From the human T2T-CHM13v2.0 reference genome, Homo sapiens: DNA of 64,000 nt. The notes beneath the pieces were generated by a model. It was not told the origin of the DNA. It saw nothing but the letters and a program-made list of their open reading frames with translations, and did no database searches. The translations under genes were made by a program, and so were the position numbers. Numbering within the stretch: position 1 is the first letter of the stretch; every line of letters starts with the position of its first letter. Below, piece after piece: positions 48,724-64,000 of this stretch. The DNA lies in assembly GCF_009914755.1 (NCBI RefSeq), contig NC_060925.1; one strand, 5' to 3'.

Positions 48724-49433
48724 ACAATGAGATCACATGGACACAGGAAGGGGAATATCACACTCTGGGGACTGCTGTGGGGGTGGGGGGAGGGTGGAGG
48801 GATAGCATTGGGAGATATACCTAATGCTAGATGACGAGTTAGTGGGTGCAGCACACCAGCATGTCACATGTATACATATGTAACCTGCACAATGTGCACA
48901 TGTACCCTAAAACTTAAAAGTATAATAATAATAATTAAAAAAAAGAATTATCAACTCAAAAAAAAATGTACCTTCCTGTTTCTCCTTAGAAGGGTTTATA
49001 CCACACATCAAGTGCCTCAATTTTACAGCTACCTCACAAAAGATTCCATGTTAAACTTCTTGGCTTTGGGAGCAGAAGGGACTAGACCTATGTGAGTCTC
49101 TCTAGACTACAGAAAAAAAGAGGTAATATTAAATGTGGTGCAAACATTTCCAGAGGCTACACCCCATTGGAGCAATGCAGTAAAGGGGCACAGACATTCA
49201 GCTCCCATTTTCTCTTTGGAAAGGGCTTTCCAGTGACTACTTGCTGGTCTGGCTTCTAACAAACTTGCATCAGTAGCTAAAAGAGCAAACAAACAATAGC
49301 CCTCCAGCAGCCAAAGCCAGAGCTTGCCTCTTCATGAGCCTTTCCTCCAGCTCAGCCCAGTGATAAATCCAGGTATGCCCATTCTTCCTGGAAGGAATTT
49401 GGTTCAGAGCCACAACTTCCATAAGCCCCAAGC

Positions 49434-51494
<2,061 letters not shown>

Positions 51495-54400
51495 TGGGAG
51501 GAGGAATAGTAAAAGCAAAAAGTTTGTGTTTGCAATCAAGGCTAAGTTGTTATTACATTAAAATAGCCTATTGTAAGTATAAGATGTTTTTTGTAAGCAT
51601 CAGGGTAACCATAAAGAAAAATCCTATAATAGAAATACAGAAGACAAAAAGAGAAGATACAAAACATACCACTACAGAAAGCCATCAAACACAAAATAAA
51701 GTACTAGAGGAAGAAAGAAGCACAGGGTGTACAAAACAATCAGAAAACAACTAACAAAATGGTACAAATAAGTTCTTACATATCCATAACTACTTTGAAT
51801 GTAAATATATTAATTCTCCAATCAAAAGGCATAGAGTGGCTAAATGGATATTTTTAAGACCATAACAAGACCCAATATGTGCTGCCTACAAGAGACTCAC
51901 TTCACATTAAATGACACTCAGACCAAAAGTGAAGAGATAGAAAAAATAACTCCATGCAGATGTAAACAAATAGAGACAGGGGTAGCTATACTCTTTTAAG
52001 GCAAAGTAGATTTTAGGTCAAAAATTGTCAAAAGAAACAAGATCATTATATAGTCAATAAAGAGGCCAATTCATCAAGATGATATGACAACTGTAAATAT
52101 GTATATGCACCCAATATCAGAGCATCTACATATGTAAAGCAAACATTAAGAGGTCTGAAGGGAGACAACACTGCAACACAATAATAGTAGAAGATGCAAT
52201 ATCCCACTTTCAACATTGGGCAGATCACACAGAAAATTGATTTTTTTAAATGATTGGACTTGAACTACACTTTAGACCAAATAGACCTAACAGACATGTA
52301 CAGAACATTTCTCTCTACAGCAACAGAATATATATGTATTACATTTATATTCTGTATATCCATTATATCTGTATATACATTATAATGTATATATAAATGT
52401 ATAAATGTACATTTGTTGCTGTTGAGTGGAATATACATTGTTTTCAAGTGCATACAAAATATTCTCCAACATAGATACTATGCTAGACCACAAAACAAGT
52501 CTTAACAAATTTTAAAATATCAAAATCTTATCAAGCATCTTTTCTAATCACAGAAGTGTGAAACTAGAAATAAATAACAGGAGAAAATCATAGAAAATAA
52601 AAAAGTTGTAGAAATTAAACAATATAATCCTGAACAACTATTGAGTCAAAGAAGAAATTTTTTTAAAAAAAATTAAAATATCAAGACAAAAAATGGAAAC
52701 ACGAGTTATGAAAACCTTGGAGATAAATAAAGCACTTAGAGGAGGGAAGTTTATAGCAATAAATGCCTACATCAACAAAGAAGAAAGATCTCAAATAAAC
52801 AACCTAACATTACAGTTCAAGAAATTAGAAGAACCAACTAAGCCCAAAGTTAGCACAAGAAAGGAAATAACAAGGACCACAGCAGAAATAAATGAAATAG
52901 AGACTAGAAAAACAATAGAAAAGATAAACTAACGTAAGCGTTGGATTTTTGGAAAACTAAACAAAACTAACGAAATCTTAGTTAGACCAAGAACAAAGAG
53001 CGAAGAATCAAATTAAGAGAGTCAGAAATGAAAGAGGAAACATTACAAATGGTAACACAAAAATACAAATGATCACAAAAGACTGCTAAGAATAACTATA
53101 CACCAACAAATTGCACAACCTAGAGAAATGAATAAATTTCTAAAATATATAACTTACCAATACTAAATTATAAAGAAATTTGAAATCTAAACCGATCAAG
53201 AACAAGTAAGGAAATTGAATTAGTAACTAAGTCTCTCATACAACAGGCTCAATTCCAGCAGCTATCTGGAAAAGATAAAGTGAAATTATGTGTTTGCTGA
53301 CAACATGATCTTGTACACAGAAAATCCTGAAGACCCCACCAAAAAATTGTTGAAACTGATGAACAAATTGAATAAAGTTGCAGGGTGCAGTTACAGACTG
53401 CAAAATCAAAAATCAGTAGCATTACTATACACTAACAATGAACTGTCTGAAAATAAATTCAGAAAATTTCTCTCATAATAGTATCAAAAAATAAAATGTT
53501 TGAGTAAATTTAACCAAGGCATCAAAATATCTGTATACTGAAAACTGTAAAACATTGACAAAAGAAACTAAAGATTACACAAATAAATGTAAAGATATTT
53601 CATGTTGATGGACTGAAGAATTAATTCTGTTAAAATAACCATGCTACACAACGTGATCTACCAATTCAATGCAATCCCTATCAAAATTCAAATGTCATTC
53701 TTTGCAGAAATAGAAAAAAAATTCTAAAATTTATATGGAACCACAAAAGGACCTAAGAAGCTAAGAAGGTCTTGACCAAATAGAGCAAAGCTTGAAGCAA
53801 CAGACTACTGGATAAAAATACTTTACAAAGTTATAGAAATCAGAACAGCATGATACTACTATTAAAAACAGACACATCAACCAATGGAGTAGTACGGAGT
53901 GTTCAGAAATAAACCCACACATCTACAGCCAATTGATTTTCAACAAGGGTGCCTAGAATACACAATGGGTAAAGAATAGTCTCTTCAATAAATGTTGGTG
54001 GGAAAACTGAATATTTTCATACAGAGATTTAAAATAGACCCTTGTCTCACTCCTTATACAATTATCAGCTCAGAATGGATTAAATACTTGAACATAAGGT
54101 CTGCAATCAGAAAAATTATAGGAGAAAGCTATATGACATTGATCTGGGCAGTGATTTCTTGGATATGACCTCAAAAGCGTGGGCAACAAAAACAAGAATA
54201 GACAAACGGGATTTCATCAAAATAAAATGCTTCTGCACAGTAAACAATTAATAGAGTGAAGAGACAACTCACCAATTGGGAGAAAATATTTGCAAATCAT
54301 ACATTCGATAAGAGGCTAATATCTTAAATATACAAAGAACTCAAACTACAAAATAACAAGAAAACAAACAACCCTATTCAAAAGGGCGAAGGACTTGAAT

Positions 54401-55696
54401 AGATCTTTCTAAAAGAAGACATATAAATGACCAACAGACAAACAAAAAAATTGCTAAACATCTTCAATCATCAGAGAAATGCAAATTAAAACCACAATGA
54501 GAGATTGACCATCATTAAAAAGACGAAAGATGACAAGTCTTGGCAAAGATGTGAAGAAAAGGGAACTCTTATACACTGCTGATAGTATTGTAAATTAGTA
54601 CAGCCATTTTGGAAAACAACATAAAGGGTCTGCAAAAAATTAAAAATAAAATTCCAACATGATCCAACCATCCCACTACTGAGTATATACCCAAAGGAAT
54701 TGAAATAAGTATGTAGAAGAGTTACCTACTCTCCTATGTTTAATGTAGCATTATTCACAATGGCCCAGCTATGGAAATAACCTAAATGTCCATCAATGGA
54801 TGAATGGATTTTTTTAAGTGTGGTATACGTACACAATGTGATACTATTCAGCCTTTTAAAAACCCAGGAAATTCTTTCATTTTTGACAATATGGATAAGC
54901 CTAGAACACATTATGTTACATGAAATAAGCCATGTACAAAGAGACAAATACTGTATGATCTCACGTACATGTGGTATCTAAAAATGTTGAACTTACAGAG
55001 GTAGAGTGTAGAATGATGGTGGTTACTAGAGATTGGGATTGAGGGAGGAGTGGATGGGAAAGGGGAGACATTGATCAACATCAGTGAGATAAGAGGAATA
55101 AGTTCTGATATTCTATTGCACAGCACAGTGACTATAGTTAACAATAACGTATTGTATATTTCAAAACAGCAAAAAGAAAAGATTTTAAATGCTCTCACCA
55201 CAAAGAAATTATAAATATTTGAGGTGATGGATATGCTAATTAGCCTAATTTTATCATTCCACAGTGTATAAATGTATTGAAACATCCCATTGTAGCCCAT
55301 AATTATATACAATTCTTATTTGTCAATTAAAAATACAATAAAACTTTAAGAAAAAAATAGTGATTGAAGAGTAATTTAGAGTAAAGATGACATTTACTTG
55401 GTTCATGGTCCATTGATCCCATCTCCACCCATCACATCATCCTTTCCTTGTGAGCAAGAATATGACTTCAAAGCCTTCCCCATCCAGTGTTCCAGCTGTC
55501 ATTATCAATTGACCAGAGCCGAGATACAAGCTGAAACCTATTTGGCTATCTCAGGGTTGGAGTTGCACCCACTCCAAGTGAAATATATTTTTAAGACATT
55601 TCACAAACCATGTGTAAAGGGAGGAGGGGTTACCACCAGTGGTAGGGAGGGATAGTGTAAAAGTTACTAAGAGGATTTTTGAAACAGTGAACTTAC

Positions 55697-55761
55697 CCTA
55701 GCAGGAAATTGCGAAAGGTTCACTACGGATAGTCAGAGGGAATTCAGGTTTTCAATAATAC
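55697..55761 (-). other. Candidate 65-nt non-coding exon (unvalidated)
   Basis: Minus strand: ctttgtttttattggactttcag|GTATTA...TGCTAGG|gtaagt; stops in all three frames. Confidence 0.35.
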
Positions 55762-56749
55762 CTGAAAGTCCAATAAAAACAAAGCCCACAATATCTCAGA
55801 ACATCTCAGGCCCCCAAGCTCCCTGGCATGTACCCTCGCTAATGTCTTTTGTGTTTTTTTCCTAAAATGTACCATTCTTAAAAAATGAGAGCCAAGCTCC
55901 AGGAGATGAAATTCTACATCTCAAATACATCGAGAGTCTCAGTGCCTATAGCCCCAGCAAGCTGCAGTGATCATGAGTAACATTACAAACTTCATGGAAG
56001 ACTGGTAGCCTCAGGAAGAAGCTGTCAACCCGAATTAAGACGTCAACGTATCAGATGAGGAAGGTACTGCCATGAAGCCTATTGTTGCATGCGTGTCAGG
56101 TGAAGGCCATACTAATTACTGCGTGATCCAAATATGTCTGTTCCCTACTCCTCCCAAACTAAGGTCACTGAGTTATTATGGCCTGGTGGTTTGCACTATT
56201 TTGGATTCTGCCAAGTGGCAGGTGGCCTGACAAACATGCGACTCAGCATGTTTTGTTGGGTCCCCACAGCTGTGCTGCCAATCAGTTCAGGATGGCTGCA
56301 AGTTAATGCTAATTAGCTTCTGTTGATCTGCATATTCCAACAGCCTCCCAGGATTCCCATTTTGATATGCAAGATTGCCGGTTGGGTATGTGATTGAATT
56401 AAGAAGCAAGAAAGATTTTAGTTTCCATGCGGGGATATGCGGATCTGAATCCCCAGCAGAAGCTGTTACCCTTTTGATTTATGGTTGGCAGCTCTGGCCA
56501 TCAGCATGGGAGCATGGGCTCTAGGCTAGAGGGTGCTGCCCCCCTGCTTATGGAAACAACCGACGCCTTAACCTCCTAGCACTATTAGGAGTAAACATTC
56601 TTTCCATCTGCTCTGTGAACTGGCACTGGCAGTTTATTTGAGCAAGGAATCTATAGTTTTCCGTTTGATTCAAATCTATTTAGTTCAAATAATCTAAACA
56701 AAAATGTAACAGTAAAGAAGAATTATTTCCTGTGGTGTACAAAAAGTAC

Positions 56750-57330
56750 TAATTTCAAACTGTCACTTTCAAACTCACTGGGTATCTTTGAATAAACTGC
56801 TTCACCTTCATGGCCCTCAGTTTCTCGAATGCAATGTTAGGAGGTAATGCTAGAGTCTATTAAATGAGAGAAAGTATATGACAAGGATAACAAAATGTCT
56901 GACACATATGAGCTCTTGGATATTTTAATATATTTTTATACCATAAAAAAATTAAAAGCTATACAGTGCCTTCTCTGTGCCAGCACTTTGCACATGGTTG
57001 GAGATTCAAATATGAACAAAAAATTATTCACTTCCCTCCAGGAGTACATAGTAAACAGATAATTACAATTTGATAAATAAGGTTCATTCCAACAATGATA
57101 TTCTATAATTCTATTCCTTCTTTCTTTCTGCTATGACAACATGGGAACACCACGAGCTTCTGGCTTCATAATAGCTTTGTTTTCTTGAGTATGTTGCTTA
57201 ACTTATCTGAGCCCGTGTTTCTCCTTCTGTAAAAACAATATACCCCACATAACATTGTTGAGTAAGTTTAATGAAATAATGCTTGTTAAAGCTACTGACA
57301 CATAGTAGACATTCAGTAAACAGTATTTCC
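56750..57330. mobile_element. MIR (+), L2 (-) and MIR (+) fragments
   Basis: ggccctcagtttctc; ctctgtgccagcactttgc; aacttatctgagcccgtgtttctcc...gacacatagtagacattcagtaaa. Confidence 0.6.
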
Positions 57331-57739
57331 CTGATGTTTTCTTTTTTAGTGGATATTATTAGAATCACATGAGTCCAGCAAATTCTGGGGTGAAGGACAG
57401 AGGTAGAAGAAAAAGAGGTGGAAGGATTTCAGCCTTGCTAAGAAAGGAACTCAGCAGGAAACACTGCACTATGGGGGCTAATGTATTTAGATTTTGCACC
57501 TGTATTTCATCAGGGCAATGAAAATATGATCTCACTGGGTAAACATTACAAAACAATTTTCAAAAGTTTTACTTGGCTACAGCCTTAGAAAGTTCCGCTT
57601 CCCTGAAGTGATTAAATAATATTTCTTGGAAAACATTTGCTAAATATAATTTTAAGGAGAAGTTTTTTTCTCATTTTCATATTGTTGAATTTGAGGGTCC
57701 CAATTGGGATTTTGTAGGAAAAGTTACTAAAACTGTTGC

Positions 57740-57965
57740 TATATTTATATTTTATATTTATTACATATTGTATATTTTCATATTTGTGTGTATGTATAAA
57801 TATGTATGTCTCCATTTTCTATGTATATGCATATAACACATATGAGCATATGTGTCTATATATAGTGTATGCATTTAAATCTGCATCTATGTGTATAGAA
57901 ATTTATGTTCATTATGATATGAGAATGGAGTGTATGCATATACATATGCATGTGTTTTATAATAT
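57740..57965. repeat. AT-rich low-complexity, degenerate (TATG)n tract
   Basis: Alternating purine-pyrimidine tatg/cata motifs. Confidence 0.75.
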
Positions 57966-57987
57966 GACACCCATATTTATCATTTAT

Positions 57988-58235
57988 TGTAGTGGTTAAG
58001 AGCATAGATGTATAGACTCTGAAATAGACCTGAATTTGAATTTCAGCTCTATCAGTTACTGCTATGTGAGTATAGCCAAGTTATTTAATCTCTGCATCTC
58101 AGTGAATTTCTCTGTAAAATGGAGATAATAATTGTACCTACCACAAAGATTGTTGTGAGGATTAAATAGATTAACATATATGAAAATGTTTAAACAAAAC
58201 TTGGCCAATAAGAAACTCTATTTTATATTATTTTA
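57988..58235 (+). mobile_element. MIR
   Basis: tagtggttaagagcataga...ctgtaaaatggagataataattgtacctacc...ttgttgtgaggattaaat. Confidence 0.9.
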
Positions 58236-59169
58236 ATAATTGCTATTGTTATTATGACTATTTGTGTTATTGTTATTTTTTCATGCATTTATTTGTTCTG
58301 AATCACTTTGACTTTAAGGGTTTTTTGCTTAAAACCTCAATGAAAGGCAATTTTTAAAAAGTAATATCAGAGCTTGTAGAGTTTCTGTTTTGCAAGTGGT
58401 AGATATTTTGATTAAATTTTGAAGCACATTATATCTTTGTTTTGAAAAGAATCATCTGGATATATGTATTCAGCTATGCAAATGTTAATGTAACTACTCT
58501 CCATCCCACCCCACCTCATCGCCATCCACCTTGTTGGATAACCTGAATGCATATGTTTTAGACTAAATGAAGAAATGTGCTATTTGGCAATGCAAATTAG
58601 ATGTATGCTTTAGCAAAGCTATTTCCTTGCATACTTTGCTGCTACTTTGAGAGAAATATTTCTTTATTAAGGAATTTAGGCTGCAGATTATTGCTTGTTT
58701 TGACCAAGATGCATGATCAAAAGAGATTAGTAACAGAGACTTCATGACTGCAGGAAAAGAAATGCAGCCCCACCGTTTAACTCAAGTTGGGGGACAAATT
58801 GGACAAAAGGGTTGAGTGAGCTTGGCACAAGTCAAATGGGACTGGATTTGATGCTTCGCTCCTTCCTTTCCTAGTGATGTGACCTTGGTCAAGTAGTGAA
58901 TTCAGAGATAAATGCCTGAGTCTTTCAAACAGTATTGATGTTGGACTGTTACCCTGTTGCATCATGGTCTTGTGGTGGCCACAGGGCCACACAGTACCTC
59001 TGCTGATGAAAGGTGGAGTTTTCTATAAAGAATGCGGACATTTACACAATCATCCTGGGAAAAATTTAATCCTTGGTTTGAAATGAGAACAGGGTAGAAA
59101 ATTACATATTCTATGGCTCTTGATTTGTTTCTTTAAGAAATCCATTTAACTGTGAAACTAATATTTACT

Positions 59170-60260
59170 AGATTCTTATTCTGGATTGGACACTAATTGG
59201 AGTGGTAGGAACAGGATGTACAAGACATGGCCTCTGTCCTTAAAATGCTGATACTTAAATGAGGGATATAAACGTGTAAACAAATAAAAACAATCAGTTT
59301 GATGGATGCTATGGCAGAGTGCAAGAAAGAGGATGAACACAGAGAAGGAAGAAATCATAAATTCTTTCCAGGAATAAGGGAAATCATCTAAAATAAGATA
59401 AAGCTTGAGCTGTCTCTTAAAAAAAAAAGGCAATTATAGCAAATGGAAAGAGGGGGAAGGGTGTTTCAAGTAAGAGGAACATTCATGAGGCAAAGGAATA
59501 TAGCAAATTTGCCACTAGTTTAGTGTGCCTGGATCTTAAGACATAAAGAGAGGAATAACAAGAGCTAAGACTATGGAAGTAGCTACCCAGACCATGATGG
59601 CCTATGTCATGCTAACCTCTTGGATTTCTTTTTCTTAGTGTCAATGTGACACCATCAAAAAGTTCTAAGCAGGTGAAGGACTTATTTATATTTTCATTTT
59701 AGATAGTGCATTCTTGTAGACATATGACGCAAAAATGAGAAGAGGGAAATAACACAGGCAGGGAATTATTTAAGAGGGCAATATAGTAATAGGGATATGG
59801 AATAATAAAGGTTAGAATTAAGGAAGTGGTAATGGGAATAAATACAATTGAGTATATTTTAGAAATATTTAGGGAATAACCATCCCCTGAACTTGGAAAT
59901 TGGATTTTAAAAGGACTGGGTCAAGGATAGTCCCAGATTTCTTGTTTGGAGGTTACAAATAAGTAAATATTGGAATACGGGTTGGAGAGCAAGTTGAGGA
60001 AGGATAGGATAGATGAGTCTAGTTTTGAAAATGATAAGACTTAAATGCTTTGGAGGCATTCAAATAGATACAATACAAATTAGGATAAATCGATTTGGAG
60101 CCAAATGGAGAGGTAGGGGCTAGAGGTATTGACAGGTATTCAGAAAGAATTAGAAATGGTAAGTATAGTTATGAGAGTAGATGAGATAATCCACAAAAAA
60201 CTTTCAAGTGAAATGAGAATATGGACAAAGGAGGAACCAAAGGTAATGGCAATATGTACA
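59170..60260 (-). mobile_element. L2 fragment
   Basis: tggcctctgtcctt...cttgagctgtctcttaa...ttttagatagtgcattc...gtcaaggatagtcccagatttc...ggaggcattcaaataga. Confidence 0.7.
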
Positions 60261-61299
60261 AAGAATGATGTCTGTCATCTACTATTTACCATTTAAGTAG
60301 CATTGATCTTTCAAGATACCAAATGAATCCCTCGATTTACTGAAAGACCCTAAATTAGCTGTATGATATATGGTGCTCTTGCAGAAGCTGTTTACTTTCT
60401 CTGCCAATGTAGACCTATCTGAATCTAGAGGAAATAGCAATCTTGAGCCAGTAGAGAAAAAATAAATTAATCCTAATTTTCAATAGAAGAATTAAAAATT
60501 TGGCAACTATTGCTTTGAATGGTATTCTAGTCTGTTCTCTAAAAGTGAACAGACTAAGACAGTGGGACACTTCACTTTCCTTTTAAAGTAAAGTAACAAC
60601 CCAAAACCAGGATTCTATTATATTTAAAAAATTGTCCAGACTACAATAAAATGAGACATTAAAAGGCCCTATTTATACAGTAGTAATGAGTAATACAATC
60701 ATCTCTTCGTTGTTGGTGGTTGGGGCATTTTTTAAGGCCATGAATAAAGGGTCTCCAAGTGATGTGGGCACTGTGGTTTTTCTCAGACAGTTCAATAAAT
60801 ATAAGATAGGACCCAGGGATAATTTAACGAGTAAGCTTAGTAGAGAATTTTGAGTGAGGAAAAACCTTAGGATGTTTCTTATGGATCAAAGACAAGTTTT
60901 AATGAATTGGGTGGAGCTGATAGAGCTCTGAAGTTTATTCTCCTTTGTACAAAGGAAATGATCTCACAGTAATAATACAAATGGTATTCATGAAATATTT
61001 TTCTTTTTACAAAAGTTAATTATGAATGAACTTCATAGCTCGTTAGATTCAGAAAGCATAATACATTTTAGTAATTGACTTATTCTCTAGGAAGGGACTT
61101 TATGAATATTTGGGGAAAGATTTGGTTGAGGATAAATTAGATGTAATGGATTCTTTTTTTAAAAAAGTCATAACAAGCATAATATATTTCTTTACTTTCA
61201 AGAATTTGAGGTCTGTTCTCTACTCTGGTGCCAGTTGAATATCAATTTGGTTGCAGTCTTCTGCCTGTCATGCCGAAATCTCATCATTTCCTAAACTTG

Positions 61300-61870
61300 T
61301 CTAAGTCACATGCTGTTCAAACTACCTTGGAAGCCTCCCTCTTTTCTTTCTTGGCAAATTGCTCATCCTTAAAGAACCATCACAATTTTATCTCCAGTGA
61401 AGTCTTCTCCAGTTCACACTACTGTTCCAACAACACTTTGACATCATATCCCTATATGAATGTTATCAATTTTCATTACAGTTAGCAGCCTACACATATA
61501 TTTCCACAGCTGGACAGTGCCTAGCTCCATGCCTGGCACACAGCACACATTCAGGAACATTTTTTGTTATGACTACCGATTATTACCTATTCAATCCTCA
61601 ATCATTATCTCTCTTATCTAAAGATATGTACATATTTATATCTAGCTATACGTCTATCTGTAATTTACACAGCGAGCTTACATATGTGATCTCCTTTTGA
61701 ACTTCAAGATTACCACACAGGATTGTAAGAGTAGCTGTATTTAGTGCCATTTTTCAAATAGGGAAGGTGAGAAGCCTGAGACTCAGAAAGTCTTGCCCCA
61801 TATCCATGAGAAATGAATGGAAGACAGGAAATCAACTCTCCTTTTTTGACTTTAAATCTAGTGGACTATA
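61300..61870. mobile_element. L2 3' end (+, about 61300-61570) and MIR (-, about 61680-61870)
   Basis: agtgcctagctccatgcctggcacacag; gccatttttcaaataggga...ctgagactcagaaag. Confidence 0.6.
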
Positions 61871-61974
61871 TTAAATTAAGTGGAATTTTTAGACCATCCA
61901 TGCATTCATAAATTTATTCCTTGGAGCTATTCTTTTACTTAAATAGAGCTCAGGTGTATGAAATTGGATTAATA

Positions 61975-63650
61975 TTATTCTTAGGTTTATCACAGTCATC
62001 GATAGTTTATGCATATCCCTAATTTTATGTGTGTATGCATGGATTCATATTTGAATGATATGACTAATACACATGAATCCATCATTCAACCTTATACCTA
62101 ACATATTGTCATTAGCTATCTATATCTCTATACTACTCTTTTCCCATCTCACCAACCCTTGGTTTACTGCCCAACCCTAAAGTATCCGTATTTTGAATTG
62201 CATGTTTACCATTTCTTTGTTTGTTTGTTTTTACAGTTAGTTTAGTTTTGGTTCATTTTTGCCTGTTTTGAATGTTGTATTAAAATTATATTCCATAGAG
62301 TCTTCTGGAACTAGATTTTCTTAATTCAACTTTATATTACTGATATGTATCCATACTGTTTTGATATAGTTGCAGTTTCTTGATTTTCACTCCTGAGTAA
62401 TATTCCATTATATGAATATACCAGTATTTATTTAATCATTGTTTTATTTATACAAATTTGAGTCATTTCAGTTTTTTCTGTTTGTTTTTGCTGCTATGAA
62501 TAATGCTGCCATGAATGATTTAACATTTTGAGGGAGCGTAATTGCCAGGTTGTAAATTATATGAATGTACAACTTTACAGGAGAATGCCAAGTTGCTTTT
62601 ACAAAGTGGTTATAACAATTTATAAACCCACCAACAAAGTATGAGAGATCCTGATGATCCACATTCTCTGCAATAATTATTATTGCCAGAATTGTAATAT
62701 TTTATCAAGCATGTAGATGTAAAATGGTATCTCATTTTAGTGTTGATTTGCATTTCTTCAATTGTTAATAAGATTGAGAATATCTTCAGATATCGTCCTT
62801 ATGTATTTTTAAAAATTATTTGTAGAACTTCTTTTTATTTTTGATACAAACTCTCTGTCAGTCATATATATTGTCAGTATCTTTTCCTGGTTGGAATCTT
62901 GTCTTTTGAGTCTCCTGGTAGATGCTGTTTTCAAATGAATGTTAACTGCTACCAATTCACAACTACATCCTTCTCAAAAGAACTGTGCCTGGCAAATGGA
63001 CATGCCTCACCCAAAAGTTTTTGTGTCCTACCCTGGGTTCAGCCTGCAACCAATAATTGATGAATACACAGATACAAGAGGCTGACTCCTTTCCCTCCAG
63101 GAAATACTTCCTCTGTGGTATAATTCATGTGCCCACAGTTTTCCATGGGATTTGGCTGACACTAGTCTCCAGCTGAAACCACATCCTTAGTCAACTCCTT
63201 CCCCTCCCTGTTTTGCTTCTTTCATTTCCCTATAGGTTCTTCCTGAGGGCATTTCCTCAATAAATCACTTGCACAAAAATCTCCATCTCAGGTTCTGCTT
63301 CTAGGAAATCCAACTTCAGATACTTTCTTTGAGGTGTCTTTTGATGAACAGTTCTGATTATAATGAAATGTATCAAATTTTTTATTTTATGGATTTTCTT
63401 TTTTAAGAATCTCTATTTACAAATCCTTCCTTACTCCAAGATCAGAAAGCTATCATTATCTGTTATTTCCTGTAAAAAATTGAAAGGTTTGCTTTGACAT
63501 TTGAGTCTTTATTTATTTTGGAGTTGATTGTTTTGTAAAGTATGAGGTAGAAATTCAATGTCTCTATATGTCAGTAACTATTTTGTCCAGGTTAATTTAT
63601 TGAAAATTTCTTCTTTTCCCTATCATGTATCTTTTTAGAACACTGATAGT
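61975..63650 (-). mobile_element. L1ME-type 3' fragment interrupted by LTR16
   Basis: tattccattatatgaatatacc, tgctatgaataatgctgcc, cccaccaacaaagtatgagag, aatggtatctcatt, ttttgatgaacag, tatgaggtaga. Confidence 0.8.
62915..63322 (+). mobile_element. LTR16C-like ERVL solo LTR
   Basis: gtctccagctgaaaccacatc...ttcctcaataaatcacttgcacaaaaatctccatctcaggttctgcttctaggaaatccaac. Confidence 0.8.
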
Positions 63651-63683
63651 TTAGTCAACATTTATTCCACACTTTTTAAATGC

Positions 63684-64000
63684 TTTTTATTTTTATTTTT
63701 TTATTATTATTATACTTTAAGTTTTAGGGTACATGTGCACAACGTGCAGGTTTGTTACATATGTATACATGTGCCATGTTGGTGTGCTGCACCCATTAAC
63801 TCGTCATTCAGCATTAGGTATATCTCGCCCCTCCCCCCACCCCACAACAGTCCCCCGTGTGTGATGTTCCCCTTCCTGTGTCCAAGTGTTCTCATTGTTC
63901 AATTCCCACCTATGAGTGAGAACATGCAGTGTTTGGTTTTTTGTCCTTGCGATAGTTTGCTGAGAATGATGGTTTCCAGCTTCATCCATGTCCCTACAAA
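63684..64000 (-). mobile_element. L1PA4-like 3' end (continues beyond the window)
   Basis: ttatactttaagttttagggtacatgtgcacaacgtgcaggtttgttac...cccacctatgagtgagaac. Confidence 0.93.

Overview
Primate (human-like) genomic DNA, AT-rich and dominated by interspersed repeats; it reads as intronic or intergenic. I find no supportable cellular protein-coding gene, and the long ORFs are LINE-1, Alu or mariner derived. Main contents: (1) two near-full-length old L1MA-class elements (about 7.0-14.5 kb and 41.6-55.4 kb); (2) a full-length, inactivated L1PA2-like element (42929-48961) nested in the second old L1, with a short 3' transduction; (3) a twin-primed 5'-inverted L1PA2-like insertion (18099-20185); (4) an ORF1-only L1 insertion; (5) a near-complete HSMAR2 mariner; (6) about 11 Alu-family elements, several solo LTRs, MER5/MER53 and many MIR/L2 relics. 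The most unusual signal is a cluster of four locally templated rearrangements inside one old L1: an inverted copy of flanking DNA, a direct copy of its own 5'UTR, a 5'UTR-derived filler at a deletion junction and a fold-back insertion. Also notable are a very young 105-bp tandem duplication, an Alu-associated deletion and a few candidate minus-strand exons. Subfamily names come from recalled consensus features, and identities were counted by eye; neither was computed.
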